The notes under the pieces were generated by a model. The model saw only the letters and a list, made by a program, of their open reading frames with translations, did no database searches and was not told the DNA's origin. A stretch of 64,000 nucleotides of DNA from an uncultured Oscillospiraceae bacterium (lineage in GTDB: Bacteria; Bacillota; Clostridia; Oscillospirales; SIG627): NCBI GenBank assembly GCA_964558655.1, contig CAZLEX010000004.1:6796-70795 (forward strand). The letters are read 5' to 3'. Below are positions 36,904-47,620 of the stretch, piece by piece. A program made the translations under genes and the position numbers. Position 1 is the first letter of the stretch, and each line of letters begins with the position of its first letter.

Positions 36904-36955
36904 ATGTCTGTGACAATCATAAATTTAAAAATAGTGAGAATACGGACTTCCGAAA

Positions 36956-37480
36956 ATGATTATATTAGGCATAGATCCCGGCATTGCGACTGTAGGATGG
37001 GGAGTGGTCGCATACAGCTCAGGAGAGTTTCGTTATATCGACTGCGGAATTATTTCAACTCCTGCGGGAATGAGGGTTGAACGGCGACTGTTCCTCATTC
37101 ATAAAGCACTTTCCGACATCATAAAGCGTTATACCCCGAATGAAATCTCAGTCGAAGAACTTTTTTATCAAAACAATCAAAAAACCGTAATAAATGTTGC
37201 ACAGGCAAGAGGGATTATTCTCTTTACCGCAGAGGAACATTCCGTCCCCGTTTACGAATACACACCTCTGCAGGTTAAACAGTCTATCGTCGGTTACGGA
37301 AGAGCTCAAAAGCATCAAGTTATGGAAATGACGCGAATATTTCTTCACCTCGATAAAGTGGCAAAACCCGATGATGCGTCGGACGCTCTCGCTCTTGCTA
37401 TTTGTCACGGTCATTCTTCCCAAAGTAAACTTTACGGCATACGCACGATTAAAGATTCGAAAAAAACAGGCGGGTTTTAA
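36956..37480 (+). CDS. ruvC: crossover junction endodeoxyribonuclease RuvC
   Basis: MIILGIDPGIATVGWGVV with the C-terminal DASDALALAICH acidic site. Confidence 0.93.
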   Translation: MIILGIDPGIATVGWGVVAYSSGEFRYIDCGIISTPAGMRVERRLFLIHKALSDIIKRYTPNEISVEELFYQNNQKTVINVAQARGIILFTAEEHSVPVYEYTPLQVKQSIVGYGRAQKHQVMEMTRIFLHLDKVAKPDDASDALALAICHGHSSQSKLYGIRTIKDSKKTGGF

Positions 37481-37483
37481 AAA

Positions 37484-38089
37484 ATGTACTATTATATTTC
37501 CGGGAAAATCGCTTATTTGTCTCAGTCAAAAGCGGTTATTGATGCAGGCGGCATAGGCTACGAAATTACAATATCCGATACGACTCTCTCTCTGCTCAGA
37601 CGCGATTCTTCCGAAGAAGCTCTTCTGTACACATACTTCAATGTCAAAGAAGATGCACAGGAGCTGTTCGGATTTTACACACTTGAAGAAAAAAAGATGT
37701 TTGAACAGCTAATTTCCGTGTCCGGTGTCGGACCGAAAGCCGCAATGTCAATACTCTCAGCCGTTCCGGTTGAAAAACTGATTTTTGCAATTGTTTCAGA
37801 TGACGCAAAACAAATTGCTTCGGCACAGGGAGTTGGTTTGCGTACAGCCCAAAAAATAATTTTGGAAATAAAAGACAAGCTCAAAAAAGAAGATTTGTCG
37901 CATTTGTCCCAATCGACAGCTATTCCGGAAATTTCTTCAAATTCCGAAACATTTTCGGAAGCACTCGAAGCACTCCTTGCTCTCGGATATTCGCGTGCGG
38001 AAGCGGCAAAAGCATTGAAAACAAATGCCGGCGAAAACATGAGCGTTGAAGAACTTATTCGAAACGGACTGAAAAATTTGACAAAGTAG
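37484..38089 (+). CDS. ruvA: Holliday junction branch migration protein RuvA
   Basis: GIGYEI, HhH region LISVSGVGPKAAMSIL and QGVGLRTAQKIILE. Confidence 0.93.
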   Translation: MYYYISGKIAYLSQSKAVIDAGGIGYEITISDTTLSLLRRDSSEEALLYTYFNVKEDAQELFGFYTLEEKKMFEQLISVSGVGPKAAMSILSAVPVEKLIFAIVSDDAKQIASAQGVGLRTAQKIILEIKDKLKKEDLSHLSQSTAIPEISSNSETFSEALEALLALGYSRAEAAKALKTNAGENMSVEELIRNGLKNLTK

Positions 38090-38098
38090 GAAAACATA

Positions 38099-39172
38099 AT
38101 GAACAACGATTACCGTTACGACGATTCAGATGATTTTGACAACAGGCTTATTTCAACAGCCGAAACCGAAATTGACAAAAATTTTGAAATCGGGGAAAAC
38201 TCTCTGCGTCCCGTTAAACTTGATGAATATATAGGACAGGAAAAAGCAAAAGACAATCTGAAAATTTTCATGGAAGCGGCAAAGCTTCGGGGAGAAAGTC
38301 TTGACCATTTATTGCTGTACGGCCCTCCCGGTCTGGGTAAAACCACCCTCTCGGCAATTGTTGCAAATGAAATGGGCGTAAACATACGCATAACATCGGG
38401 TCCTGCCATTGAAAAGCAGGGGGACCTTGCCGCACTTCTGTCAAATCTTTCGGCAGGGGATATTCTTTTTATTGACGAAATACACAGATTAAACCGTTCA
38501 ATAGAGGAAATACTTTATCCTGCCATGGAAGATTATGCACTCGATATAATAGTCGGAACAGGTCCTGCCGCAAGGTCTATACGCATACCGCTGGAACATT
38601 TCACATTAATCGGTGCAACTACCCGTGCGGGACAACTTTCAGCCCCTTTGCGTGACCGTTTCGGAGTGATATTGCGTCTGGAATTATACACGGAAGAAGA
38701 GCTTTCACTTATCGTTACCCGTTCAGCGTCTATTCTGAAAATACCGATTGACAATGCCGGTGCACACGAAATTGCACGGCGTAGTCGCGGTACACCGAGA
38801 ATTGCAAACAGGCTTTTACGCCGTGTGCGTGATTTTGCTGAAGTTCAGGGCAACGGAATAATCGACAAAAAAACAGCCTCAAGTGCACTTACAATGTTGG
38901 AAATCGACGATCTTGGGCTTGATAACACAGACAGAAGAATGATTCTGTCAATGATTAAACATTTTAACGGAGGACCTGTCGGTCTGGAAACACTTGCGGC
39001 GGCAATAGGAGAAGAAGCCGTTACGGTAGAAGATGTTTTGGAACCGTATCTCATGCAGATCGGTTTTATTGCACGAACTCCGCGAGGAAGAATTGCCACA
39101 ACAAGTGCATACGAACATTTGGGACTGAAAAAAGAAAATTCATCAGATACCCAAATTTCCATAGACGATTGA
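38099..39172 (+). CDS. ruvB: Holliday junction DNA helicase RuvB
   Basis: [27 protein letters not shown] and [16 protein letters not shown]. Confidence 0.96.
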   Translation: MNNDYRYDDSDDFDNRLISTAETEIDKNFEIGENSLRPVKLDEYIGQEKAKDNLKIFMEAAKLRGESLDHLLLYGPPGLGKTTLSAIVANEMGVNIRITSGPAIEKQGDLAALLSNLSAGDILFIDEIHRLNRSIEEILYPAMEDYALDIIVGTGPAARSIRIPLEHFTLIGATTRAGQLSAPLRDRFGVILRLELYTEEELSLIVTRSASILKIPIDNAGAHEIARRSRGTPRIANRLLRRVRDFAEVQGNGIIDKKTASSALTMLEIDDLGLDNTDRRMILSMIKHFNGGPVGLETLAAAIGEEAVTVEDVLEPYLMQIGFIARTPRGRIATTSAYEHLGLKKENSSDTQISIDD

Positions 39173-39199
39173 CTTGTTTCCGTTTCAGAAAGGGAAAAT

Positions 39200-40870
39200 A
39201 TGGCAAAAGGTAAAAAACAGAAACTTAAAATAATTCCATTGGGCGGAATCGGAGAAATAGGCAAAAACATTACGGTAGTGGAATACGGTGATGACATTAT
39301 AGTTATTGACTGCGGACTTGGATTCCCGGATGACGAAATGCTGGGAGTCGACCTTGTTATTCCGGACACAACTTATCTTGAAAAAAACGCCGACAAGATT
39401 CGCGGAGTTTTTTTAACACACGGACACGAAGATCACATCGGAGGATTGCCTTATTTCATAAAAGATGTAAATGTTCCCGTTTACGGCACAAAACTGACTT
39501 TAGGTATCTTACAGAACAAGCTTGTAGAGCACAGATTGGAAAAAGTTGCAAAACTTAATTGCATAAGTGCCGGAGACACGGTAAAACTCGGCTGCTTCTC
39601 TGTTGAAGCAATTCGCGTAAATCATTCCATCGCAGACAGCGTTGCTTTTTCCGTAACAACTCCCATCGGTGTTGTTATTTTCAGCGGAGATTTTAAAATA
39701 GATGTCACACCTATAGAAGGAGAAATGACGGATTTAACCCGATTTGGAGAACTCGGAAAAAAAGGTGTTTTGGCGTTCTTTTGTGAATCGACAAATGCCG
39801 AAAGAAGCGGTTACACTCCATCTGAGAGAATTGTCGGAACAAGTCTTGACGCGATTTTCGCTTCCACCTCAAAAAGAGTTACAATTGCGACATTTTCTTC
39901 AAATGTTCACAGAGTTCAGCAAATAATCAATGCTTCCGAAAAATTCGGAAGGAAAATTGCGATAACCGGACGCAGCATGATAAATGTTGTAAAAGCCGCT
40001 ATGGATTTGGGGTATATGCATATGCCGGAGGGAATGTTGATTGACATCGGAGAAATGAAGCGTTACCGTCCGGATCAGCTCACTCTCATAACAACCGGAA
40101 GTCAGGGAGAGCCCATGAGTGCACTTTCGAGAATGGCATTTTCCGGGCACGATAAAGTGAGTCTCGGTGCCGACGATCTTGTCGTTATTTCGGCAAATCC
40201 AATTCCGGGAAATGAAAAACTTGTTTCGGGAGTTATAAATGAACTTCTTCATAAAGGGGTTGAGGTTGTTTACAACCAAGTTGCCGATGTTCATGTATCC
40301 GGTCACGCTTGCCAGGAAGAAATTAAACTTGTAACTTCGCTCATTAAGCCTAAATTTTTTATTCCAATGCACGGAGAATACAAACATCTTGTTCAAAATA
40401 AATCCCTTGCCGAACTTGTAGGAGTTCAGTCGGACAATGTTCTTATACCGGAAACCGGAAAAATAATTGAACTTGACAGAAAATCAATTAAAATTCAAGG
40501 GACTGTCCAATCGGGAATTGTCTTGGTAGACGGATTGGGAGTCGGTGATGTCGGCAGTGTGGTTTTGCGTGACCGACGCCACCTTGCTCAAGACGGTATC
40601 GTAACCGTTGTCGCGGCAATCGATATAAATGCCGGATACCTTCTTTCAGGACCCGACATTGTATCGAGAGGGTTTATTTATGTCAAAGAATCGGAAGCTT
40701 TGGTCGACGAAATGAAGCAAGTTGCTTATGATGCAATCGATAAATGCCTTGATGCCGGTGTAAAAGACGCCAACACATTCAAAACTTCCTTAAGAGACGA
40801 TTTGACAAAATTTTTATACAGCCGTACCAAGAGAAAGCCTATGATACTTCCGATATTGATGGATTTATAA
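39200..40870 (+). CDS. rnj: ribonuclease J
   Basis: IIPLGGIGEIGKN, the metallo-beta-lactamase motif THGHEDHIGG, and a beta-CASP domain. Confidence 0.93.
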   Translation: MAKGKKQKLKIIPLGGIGEIGKNITVVEYGDDIIVIDCGLGFPDDEMLGVDLVIPDTTYLEKNADKIRGVFLTHGHEDHIGGLPYFIKDVNVPVYGTKLTLGILQNKLVEHRLEKVAKLNCISAGDTVKLGCFSVEAIRVNHSIADSVAFSVTTPIGVVIFSGDFKIDVTPIEGEMTDLTRFGELGKKGVLAFFCESTNAERSGYTPSERIVGTSLDAIFASTSKRVTIATFSSNVHRVQQIINASEKFGRKIAITGRSMINVVKAAMDLGYMHMPEGMLIDIGEMKRYRPDQLTLITTGSQGEPMSALSRMAFSGHDKVSLGADDLVVISANPIPGNEKLVSGVINELLHKGVEVVYNQVADVHVSGHACQEEIKLVTSLIKPKFFIPMHGEYKHLVQNKSLAELVGVQSDNVLIPETGKIIELDRKSIKIQGTVQSGIVLVDGLGVGDVGSVVLRDRRHLAQDGIVTVVAAIDINAGYLLSGPDIVSRGFIYVKESEALVDEMKQVAYDAIDKCLDAGVKDANTFKTSLRDDLTKFLYSRTKRKPMILPILMDL

Positions 40871-40906
40871 ATAATTTTTATTAATATATTTTAGGAGGAT
40901 ACTTAT

Positions 40907-41233
40907 ATGAAAATGATTTTTGCCGTTGTAAACAACGATGACGGAGCTATCGTAAACGCACAGCTCATCAAAGCCGGATTTCAAGTTACAAAGATGGCTT
41001 CCACCGGCGGTTTTCTTAAAAAAGGAAACACAACCTTCATCGTAGGTACCGAGGACGAAAAGTCGGAGAAAGTCGTCGATATTATACGCCGTTACAGCAA
41101 AAAAAGAACCTACACCACTCCTCTTGATGTCGTCTCTTCGGCAACTCTCGGCGGTGCCGCAACTCCGATCGAAGTAACGGTGGGAGGAGCAACCATATTC
41201 ATTATCGATGTAGAACACTTTGAGCATATCTGA
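40907..41233 (+). CDS. darA: cyclic-di-AMP receptor, PII-like (DarA/YaaQ)
   Basis: FQVTKMASTGGFLKKGNTTF and VGGATIFI are collinear with B. subtilis YaaQ. The yaaQ-holB-yaaT synteny is conserved here. Confidence 0.85.
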   Translation: MKMIFAVVNNDDGAIVNAQLIKAGFQVTKMASTGGFLKKGNTTFIVGTEDEKSEKVVDIIRRYSKKRTYTTPLDVVSSATLGGAATPIEVTVGGATIFIIDVEHFEHI

Positions 41234-42210
41234 TGAAGTTGTTAGGCAATCGCACAACATTAGAAAATTTTAAAAAAGATTTGGAAAATGCTCGGCTCCC
41301 TCACGCTTTTATAATCGAGGGAGTTGAAGGCAGCGGAAAGCTTACGCTTGCACGCACTCTTTCAAGTATGCTTATATGCAAAAAGTCGCCGAATTCATGC
41401 TTGATATGCCCCGATTGTATTCGTGTTTTAAACGGCACTCACCCGGATGTATTTGAAATACTGCACCGTGAAAAAACAGGTCAAATAAAAATTGACGATG
41501 TAAGACTGATTATTGAACGCTCTCACATTAAACCGTCGGAAGCGGAATACAAAGTCTTTATAGTCGATAACGCTCAAACAATGAATTTGGCGGCACAAAA
41601 TGCTCTTTTGCAGGTTTTTGAAGAACCTCCGCCGAAAACTGTATTTTTTCTTCTGACAACCGACAGAAATTTACTTTTGAAGACTCTGCTGTCACGCGGA
41701 ATAATTTTAAAAACGGAAAATTTGCCTAATGATGTCATTGAAAATTTTTTGAGAGAAAAATATCCGGATAAAAAAGATTTTATTTCAAAAGCGATAAAAC
41801 TTTCCGGCGGAGCTATCGGTGCGGCAGAAAATTTTCTTTCGGAAAACTCTTCTCCGCAAATGCTCTCTCTTATCACGGAATATATGGACAATGTTGCTCA
41901 AGGTGCAACTCTTTTTACTCTGAGCAATTTTTTCTCACCGTTTAAAGTATGGGCAAGAGAAGAGTTTATTTCGGCACTCGGCTATTTTTCTCTTGCACTT
42001 CGCGATATTTCACTTTGTGCGACAAAAAGCGAGGTTTCTCTGATTTTTTTTGACGACAAAACCGTTGCCGAAAAAATATCCGAAAAACTCGGCCTTAAAA
42101 AAACCGTCAAAGCGTTTGATGTCTGTGCCGATATGATAAAAAGAGCAAACACAATAAATCTTGCTTGTGCCATATCCTACCTTAATACATTTTTTGCAAG
42201 CGATATATAA
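41233..42210 (+). CDS. holB: DNA polymerase III subunit delta'
   Basis: LPHAFIIEGVEGSGK, the zinc module CKKSPNSCLICPDC, and NALLQVFEEPP. Confidence 0.85.
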   Translation: MKLLGNRTTLENFKKDLENARLPHAFIIEGVEGSGKLTLARTLSSMLICKKSPNSCLICPDCIRVLNGTHPDVFEILHREKTGQIKIDDVRLIIERSHIKPSEAEYKVFIVDNAQTMNLAAQNALLQVFEEPPPKTVFFLLTTDRNLLLKTLLSRGIILKTENLPNDVIENFLREKYPDKKDFISKAIKLSGGAIGAAENFLSENSSPQMLSLITEYMDNVAQGATLFTLSNFFSPFKVWAREEFISALGYFSLALRDISLCATKSEVSLIFFDDKTVAEKISEKLGLKKTVKAFDVCADMIKRANTINLACAISYLNTFFASDI

Positions 42211-42225
42211 TAAAGGAAAAATACT

Positions 42226-43116
42226 ATGGAAAACAACATACAGGGCATACCTGAAAAAGATGATTACGAGATAATCGGAATACGCTTTAAAGAAGCCGGA
42301 AAAATTTACTATTTTGATCCCAACGGAATTAAATTTCAAGAACATGACGGAGTTATTGTGGAAACAACACGCGGCGTTGAATTCGGCACGGTTGTAATAC
42401 CAAATAAGACCGTCGGTTCAAATGAAGTTATACAGCCTCTCAAAAGTATTTTGAGACATGCCACCGAAGAAGATATTTTAAAGCATGAAGAAAACACCGC
42501 ACTTGCAGAAGAAGCTAAGGCGATTTTTGCGGAAAAAGTTGCAAAACATAACCTTGACATGACTCTTATAGATGCCGAATATACATTTGACAATTCAAAA
42601 CTGCTTTTCTATTTTACATCGGAAAACCGTGTTGATTTTCGCGAATTTGTAAAAGACATGGCATCGATATTTAAAACGAGAATAGAATTAAGGCAAATCG
42701 GTGTGCGTGACGAAGCAAAACAAATCGGAGGACTCGGTATATGCGGAAGACCGTTTTGCTGTAAAACATTTCTCTGCGACTTTGAACAAGTATCCATAAA
42801 AATGGCAAAGGATCAGGGGCTCTCTCTCAATTCCGTGAAAATTTCGGGTACTTGCGGAAGACTGATGTGCTGTTTAAGATATGAGAACGATGTTTACCGC
42901 GAAGAAATTTCAAAAACGCCTAAAGTCGGAAATATTGTTTCCACACCGCAAGGAAAAGGCGTAGTATCGGAAGCAAATCCGCTGGCGGGAATTGTTAAAG
43001 TTGTACTTGATGCAAACCGTGAAGCCCTTCCCGTTCTGTTTGTGAGAGAAGATGTAAAAGTTCTTGCAAAAGGAAAAGTTGAAGATGACAGCATGAATGT
43101 TGAAATTGAAGAATAA
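42226..43116 (+). CDS. ricT: PSP1-domain protein RicT/YaaT
   Basis: PSP1 domain with CGRPFCC and CGRLMCCLRYE. Confidence 0.85.
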   Translation: MENNIQGIPEKDDYEIIGIRFKEAGKIYYFDPNGIKFQEHDGVIVETTRGVEFGTVVIPNKTVGSNEVIQPLKSILRHATEEDILKHEENTALAEEAKAIFAEKVAKHNLDMTLIDAEYTFDNSKLLFYFTSENRVDFREFVKDMASIFKTRIELRQIGVRDEAKQIGGLGICGRPFCCKTFLCDFEQVSIKMAKDQGLSLNSVKISGTCGRLMCCLRYENDVYREEISKTPKVGNIVSTPQGKGVVSEANPLAGIVKVVLDANREALPVLFVREDVKVLAKGKVEDDSMNVEIEE

Positions 43117-43257
43117 TTTTAAATTTTTTTAAAAAACTGTTTTCTTTTATTGACAGTTATGCTATAATAGCGAATGGCGAAAGCTTAGGTCTTTTTGCGT
43201 ATTGTGCGAAAAGTACCGAAATTGTTAAATCATGCAAAATCAAAGGAGGATACTGAA

Positions 43258-43428
43258 ATGGCTTACAAAATTTCCGACGAATGTATTGACTGCGGCGTTT
43301 GCATAAGCGAATGTCCCACAGGCTGTATCAGCGAAGTAGACGGCAAGGCTTGCATCGACGCAGACAGCTGTGTTGACTGCGGAACCTGTGCGTCCGTTTG
43401 TCCTGTTGAAGCTCCCAAGGCAGAGTAA
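43258..43428 (+). CDS. 2x[4Fe-4S] ferredoxin
   Basis: ATG at 43258 follows AAGGAGGA. Motifs CIDCGVCISECP and CVDCGTCASVCP. Confidence 0.9.
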   Translation: MAYKISDECIDCGVCISECPTGCISEVDGKACIDADSCVDCGTCASVCPVEAPKAE

Positions 43429-43450
43429 GACATATTGCCTAACATGGCAC

Positions 43451-43482
43451 TGTGCCACAGGGAAACCTGTGGCACAAATTTT
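43451..43482 (+). terminator. intrinsic terminator after the ferredoxin gene
   Basis: TGTGCCACAGG-gaaa-CCTGTGGCACA followed by AATTTT. Confidence 0.75.
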
Positions 43483-43503
43483 CAATAAAAGGAATTTTAT
43501 CTG

Positions 43504-45309
43504 ATGTATAATCCCGAAAATATCCGAAATTTTTGTATTATTGCCCATATTGATCACGGAAAAAGCACCTTAGCCGACAGGCTTCTTGAAATAACCGACA
43601 CGGTCGAACGGCGTGAAATGGAAGACCAGATTCTCGATAATATGGAACTTGAAAGAGAACGCGGTATTACCATAAAAGCCCGTGCAGTCAAGCTTGATTA
43701 TACTTCCGATGACGGAAATCAATACACATTCAATCTCATTGATACACCCGGTCATGTCGATTTCAACTATGAAGTTTCCCGTTCGCTTTCAGCCTGTGAG
43801 GGTGCACTGCTCGTAGTAGACGCTTCTCAGGGAGTGGAAGCACAAACGCTTGCAAACACATATCTTGCACTGGACAATGATCTCGAAATTTTACCAGTAA
43901 TTAATAAAATCGATCTCCCTGCCGCTAATCCCGAACGCGTAAAAAACGAAATTGAAGAAATCATAGGTATTCCGACCGATGAAGCTCCTTGTATTTCGGC
44001 AAAAACGGGACTCAACATAAAAGATGTACTTGACGCAGTCGTAAAATATCTTCCTCCGCCAAAAACCGATATTTCAAAACCTTTAAAAGCACTGATTTTT
44101 GATGCTGTATACGATGCATACCGCGGAGTTATTGTTTATGTAAAAATCGTAGAAGGAACTCTTTCCGTCAAAGACCATATACGAATGATGAATACCGGAG
44201 CGGAATTTGAAGTAGTTGAGGTCGGCCATTTGCGTCCGTTCGGTCCGGAAAAGCGTGAAACTGTTTATTCGGGCGAAGTTGCCTACATTACCGCCGCAAT
44301 TAAATCGCTTGATGATACACAAGTCGGCGATACGGTAACTCTTGCCGATAACCCTACAAGTCAGCCTCTTCCGGGATTTAAAAAAGTTCTTCCTATGGTT
44401 TACAGCGGTATATACCCGGCAGACGGAGCAAAATATACAGATCTAAGAGATGCACTTGAGAAGCTCCGTCTAAACGATTCGGCATTGGTTTTTGAAGCGG
44501 AAAGCTCTGCCGCTTTGGGATTCGGATTTCGCTGCGGTTTTCTCGGACTTTTGCACATGGAAGTAATTCAAGACCGTTTGGAACGCGAATTTAATCTTGA
44601 CCTCATTACAACGGCACCCGGAGTTATATACAAAGTAACGATGAAAAACGGCGAAATAAAATACATTGACAATCCGCAAAATTTCCCTTCCGCCGATGAA
44701 GCCGAAGAACTTTGTGAACCCATAGTCCGTGCCACAATTCTTTCTCCGACGGAATATGTCGGAGCAATTATGGATTTATGCCAAGACCGACGCGGTACAT
44801 TCGTCGATATGAAATATATTACAACGGACCGTGCAGAGCTCCATTACAGACTTCCTCTTAACGAAATTGTCTACGACTTTTTCGATGCGTTAAAAAGCCG
44901 TACCAAAGGTTATGCCTCTTTGGATTATGAAATGGCAGATTATGAAAAATCAAATCTTGTGAAATTGGATATACTTTTAAACGGTGATACGGTTGACGCA
45001 CTTTCGTTTATCGTTCATTCGGAAAAGGCATATGCCAGAGCAAGAAAAATTGTTGAAAAACTTAAGGAAAATATTCCCAGACAACTCTTTGAAATTCCGA
45101 TACAGGCAGCAATCGGCGGGAAAATAATCGCAAGAGAAACGGTTAAAGCAATGAGAAAAGATGTCCTGGCGAAATGTTACGGCGGAGATATTACCCGAAA
45201 GAAAAAATTGCTTGAAAAGCAAAAAGAAGGTAAAAAGAAAATGCGTCAATTGGGTAGCGTAGAAGTCCCGCACGAAGCATTCATGGCTGTACTAAAACTC
45301 GATGAATAA
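43504..45309 (+). CDS. lepA: elongation factor 4 (LepA)
   Basis: [30 protein letters not shown] and the LepA C-terminal domain. Confidence 0.97.
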   Translation: MYNPENIRNFCIIAHIDHGKSTLADRLLEITDTVERREMEDQILDNMELERERGITIKARAVKLDYTSDDGNQYTFNLIDTPGHVDFNYEVSRSLSACEGALLVVDASQGVEAQTLANTYLALDNDLEILPVINKIDLPAANPERVKNEIEEIIGIPTDEAPCISAKTGLNIKDVLDAVVKYLPPPKTDISKPLKALIFDAVYDAYRGVIVYVKIVEGTLSVKDHIRMMNTGAEFEVVEVGHLRPFGPEKRETVYSGEVAYITAAIKSLDDTQVGDTVTLADNPTSQPLPGFKKVLPMVYSGIYPADGAKYTDLRDALEKLRLNDSALVFEAESSAALGFGFRCGFLGLLHMEVIQDRLEREFNLDLITTAPGVIYKVTMKNGEIKYIDNPQNFPSADEAEELCEPIVRATILSPTEYVGAIMDLCQDRRGTFVDMKYITTDRAELHYRLPLNEIVYDFFDALKSRTKGYASLDYEMADYEKSNLVKLDILLNGDTVDALSFIVHSEKAYARARKIVEKLKENIPRQLFEIPIQAAIGGKIIARETVKAMRKDVLAKCYGGDITRKKKLLEKQKEGKKKMRQLGSVEVPHEAFMAVLKLDE

Positions 45310-46438
45310 GGGGTTATACATTCACTTCCCGTTCTGCGATGCAAAATGTCCGTATTGCGACTTTTTTTCCGTACCGGACATGAGAAAAAAAGACGAATAT
45401 GAAAAAGCTCTTGCAAAAGCTATTCTATCCATGAAAAATCGAAATTTTTCCTTTGACACCGTTTTTTTCGGCGGAGGCACTCCGTCTCTCATGTCATATA
45501 CAGGTGCAGAAAGAATATTTGACGCAATTCACACCGCATTTCACTTATCTTCAGATGCGGAAATAACTCTTGAAGCAAATCCTTCTGAAGAAAAAATGTT
45601 TGAAAACAAGCTCGAATTTTTTAAAAAGCTCGGTGTAAACAGATTAAGTCTCGGTGCCCAAAGTATGTGCAACAACGAGCTTAAAAAGCTCGGACGCAGA
45701 CATTCAGCGGAAAATACCGTACAGTGCGTAAAAACAGCACGCAGCATCGGTTTTGATAACATATCTCTCGACTTTATGGTACACATTCCTTCTCAAACAT
45801 TGCAAACTCTGGACGAAACATTGGAAAAAGCCGTCTCTCTTTCTCCACAACATTTTTCTTTTTATAATCTTTCTATCGAAGAAAAAACCGTATTCGGTGC
45901 AAAAATAAAAAGAGGAGACAGCCTGGATCTCGCAAAAAGCGAAGATGAAGAACTAATGTGGGAAAAAGTCTGTAAAGTAATGCACCGCGAAGGGTTTAAA
46001 CACTACGAAGTATCAAATTTTGCAAAACCAAATTACTTTTCACGGCATAATCTCAAATACTGGCGTACCGAAGAGTATTTAGGCGTAGGTGCAAGTGCTC
46101 ATTCCTATATCGATTCCGTAAGGTATTCATCTCCTAAGAATATCGGTGCTTTCATAAACGATCCTCTTAAAAGAGAAAATGAAGAATCCATAAACGGTTC
46201 TCAAAAAGCATTGGAATATATAATGCTGTCACTGAGATTGTCGGACGGAATATCTTTTGATAAGCTTGAAAAGGAATACGGTGTTCTTGAGACAAAATCT
46301 TTTTTGTGCCTTAAAGAAAAGCTTATTGAAGCAAAGCTTGCCGAAGAAAGCGAAGATCACTTATTTTTGACCGAATCGGGTTGGCGTGTTTCAAACAGTA
46401 TTATTTTTGAAGTTCTCTCATCTCTTAATTTAATGTGA
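45302..46438 (+). CDS. hemW: radical-SAM heme chaperone HemW (HemN-like)
   Basis: [16 protein letters not shown] (CX3CX2C) and FFGGGTPS. Its position after lepA is conserved. Confidence 0.9.
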   Translation: MNKGLYIHFPFCDAKCPYCDFFSVPDMRKKDEYEKALAKAILSMKNRNFSFDTVFFGGGTPSLMSYTGAERIFDAIHTAFHLSSDAEITLEANPSEEKMFENKLEFFKKLGVNRLSLGAQSMCNNELKKLGRRHSAENTVQCVKTARSIGFDNISLDFMVHIPSQTLQTLDETLEKAVSLSPQHFSFYNLSIEEKTVFGAKIKRGDSLDLAKSEDEELMWEKVCKVMHREGFKHYEVSNFAKPNYFSRHNLKYWRTEEYLGVGASAHSYIDSVRYSSPKNIGAFINDPLKRENEESINGSQKALEYIMLSLRLSDGISFDKLEKEYGVLETKSFLCLKEKLIEAKLAEESEDHLFLTESGWRVSNSIIFEVLSSLNLM

Positions 46439-46441
46439 AAT

Positions 46442-46476
46442 AAAAAGACTTGCATGTCATTGCAAGTCTTTTTTTA
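46442..46476. terminator. bidirectional intrinsic terminator (hemW / ABC-2 operon)
   Basis: AAAAAGACTTGCA-tgtcat-TGCAAGTCTTTTT. The stop codon of the minus-strand permease lies in the loop. Confidence 0.75.
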
Positions 46477-47620
46477 TGCCTCTGTAATGTTTTTCGAATA
46501 TTTTTTCAATTACAAACAAAAGTAAAATCAAAAGTATGAGAAAAGCTATGTAAATCAAATTTTTGATAAAATAATGATTGTTGTTTGAAGAATTAATATA
46601 ATAAGTTACGGGAAAAATCATCTGTAATGCACGAAAACTCGCCATATCCACAAATACAGGACAAACTATTGCCATAACGCAAACCAAAAGCGGCGAAACT
46701 GTCGAAATTATCTTTATCTTTGAAAAAAATAGCCTTTTAATCACCATCGAAAATAAAGTCGAAGAAACAGATAAAAATAAAACGAGAAATAATTCTCTTA
46801 AATATGATCCCGACAATCCGGACAGACACAGTGCCGCCGCCGTAAATATACCGGCTGAAAAAGAACATATAAAAACCGAAAAAAATTCCAATGCAAAAAC
46901 GGCTCTCGGCTTAACTTTGAAAAATCTTCCCGCCCGTACATCTTCGATGTAATACATCGTCCCCGATAAAGCAGCCAAAACCACAACAATTCCCAAAAGT
47001 CCCCTTAACGGTGCTGTCATGTATCCTGTTTTGACACTGCCTGCATCGCTTCCGTCAGGATAGGAAAACTCAAATAAAGTGTCAATAGTTCCGTATGAAT
47101 AATACTTTTCAAAAAGTGTTTCGTCGGATATTTTTTCAAGTTCAGGAACATTATCCCGCAAATAATTTATGAATATCCTCTCTGACACACGAGAATAAAG
47201 CGTTCCCGAAAGTTTCTCATGTACAAGCTGCAAAACGAGATTTGGCTCTCTTTCATAAACTGTAACTATATAATCCGAAATATCACGGCTTTGGGAAAAA
47301 GTATCGATTCGTTTTTGTATATCACTCGGAAATATCCACGCAGAATCAGCTCTGCCCATTTTTACCGCTTCAATCGCCTCTTTTACGGATACAACTTCAA
47401 AATTTATAAGTTTGCTCGACATAATAAGCTCTTGAAAAATTTCCTCAGTTTCGCTTGTCTCAGTGCCGTCAACGGCAAGTTTTATATTTAAAAATCCCCC
47501 TTCGTTCTTTTCTGCGGCTCTGAGAGACAATGCAATAACCGGTATCATCATTAAAAGTAAAATAAATGTTGGCTTTTTAAAAAGTCTTTTTGTCATTAAA
47601 AAAATCTGTTTTAATTTCAT
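46457..47620 (-). CDS. ABC-2 type transporter permease (second)
   Basis: ATG at 47618-47620 overlaps the upstream stop (ATGA) and follows GGGGAGA. One N-terminal TM helix, about 170 aa of external domain, then 5 TM helices. Confidence 0.75.
   Translation of the reverse strand: MKLKQIFLMTKRLFKKPTFILLLMMIPVIALSLRAAEKNEGGFLNIKLAVDGTETSETEEIFQELIMSSKLINFEVVSVKEAIEAVKMGRADSAWIFPSDIQKRIDTFSQSRDISDYIVTVYEREPNLVLQLVHEKLSGTLYSRVSERIFINYLRDNVPELEKISDETLFEKYYSYGTIDTLFEFSYPDGSDAGSVKTGYMTAPLRGLLGIVVVLAALSGTMYYIEDVRAGRFFKVKPRAVFALEFFSVFICSFSAGIFTAAALCLSGLSGSYLRELFLVLFLSVSSTLFSMVIKRLFFSKIKIISTVSPLLVCVMAIVCPVFVDMASFRALQMIFPVTYYINSSNNNHYFIKNLIYIAFLILLILLLFVIEKIFEKHYRGIKKDLQ

Noticed and set aside
36723-36955. 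I looked for a LexA/Cheo box (GAAC-N4-GTTC) upstream of ruvCAB, and also upstream of recG and mfd.
   Set aside because: I found no match by eye. Only a strong constitutive-looking promoter is present.
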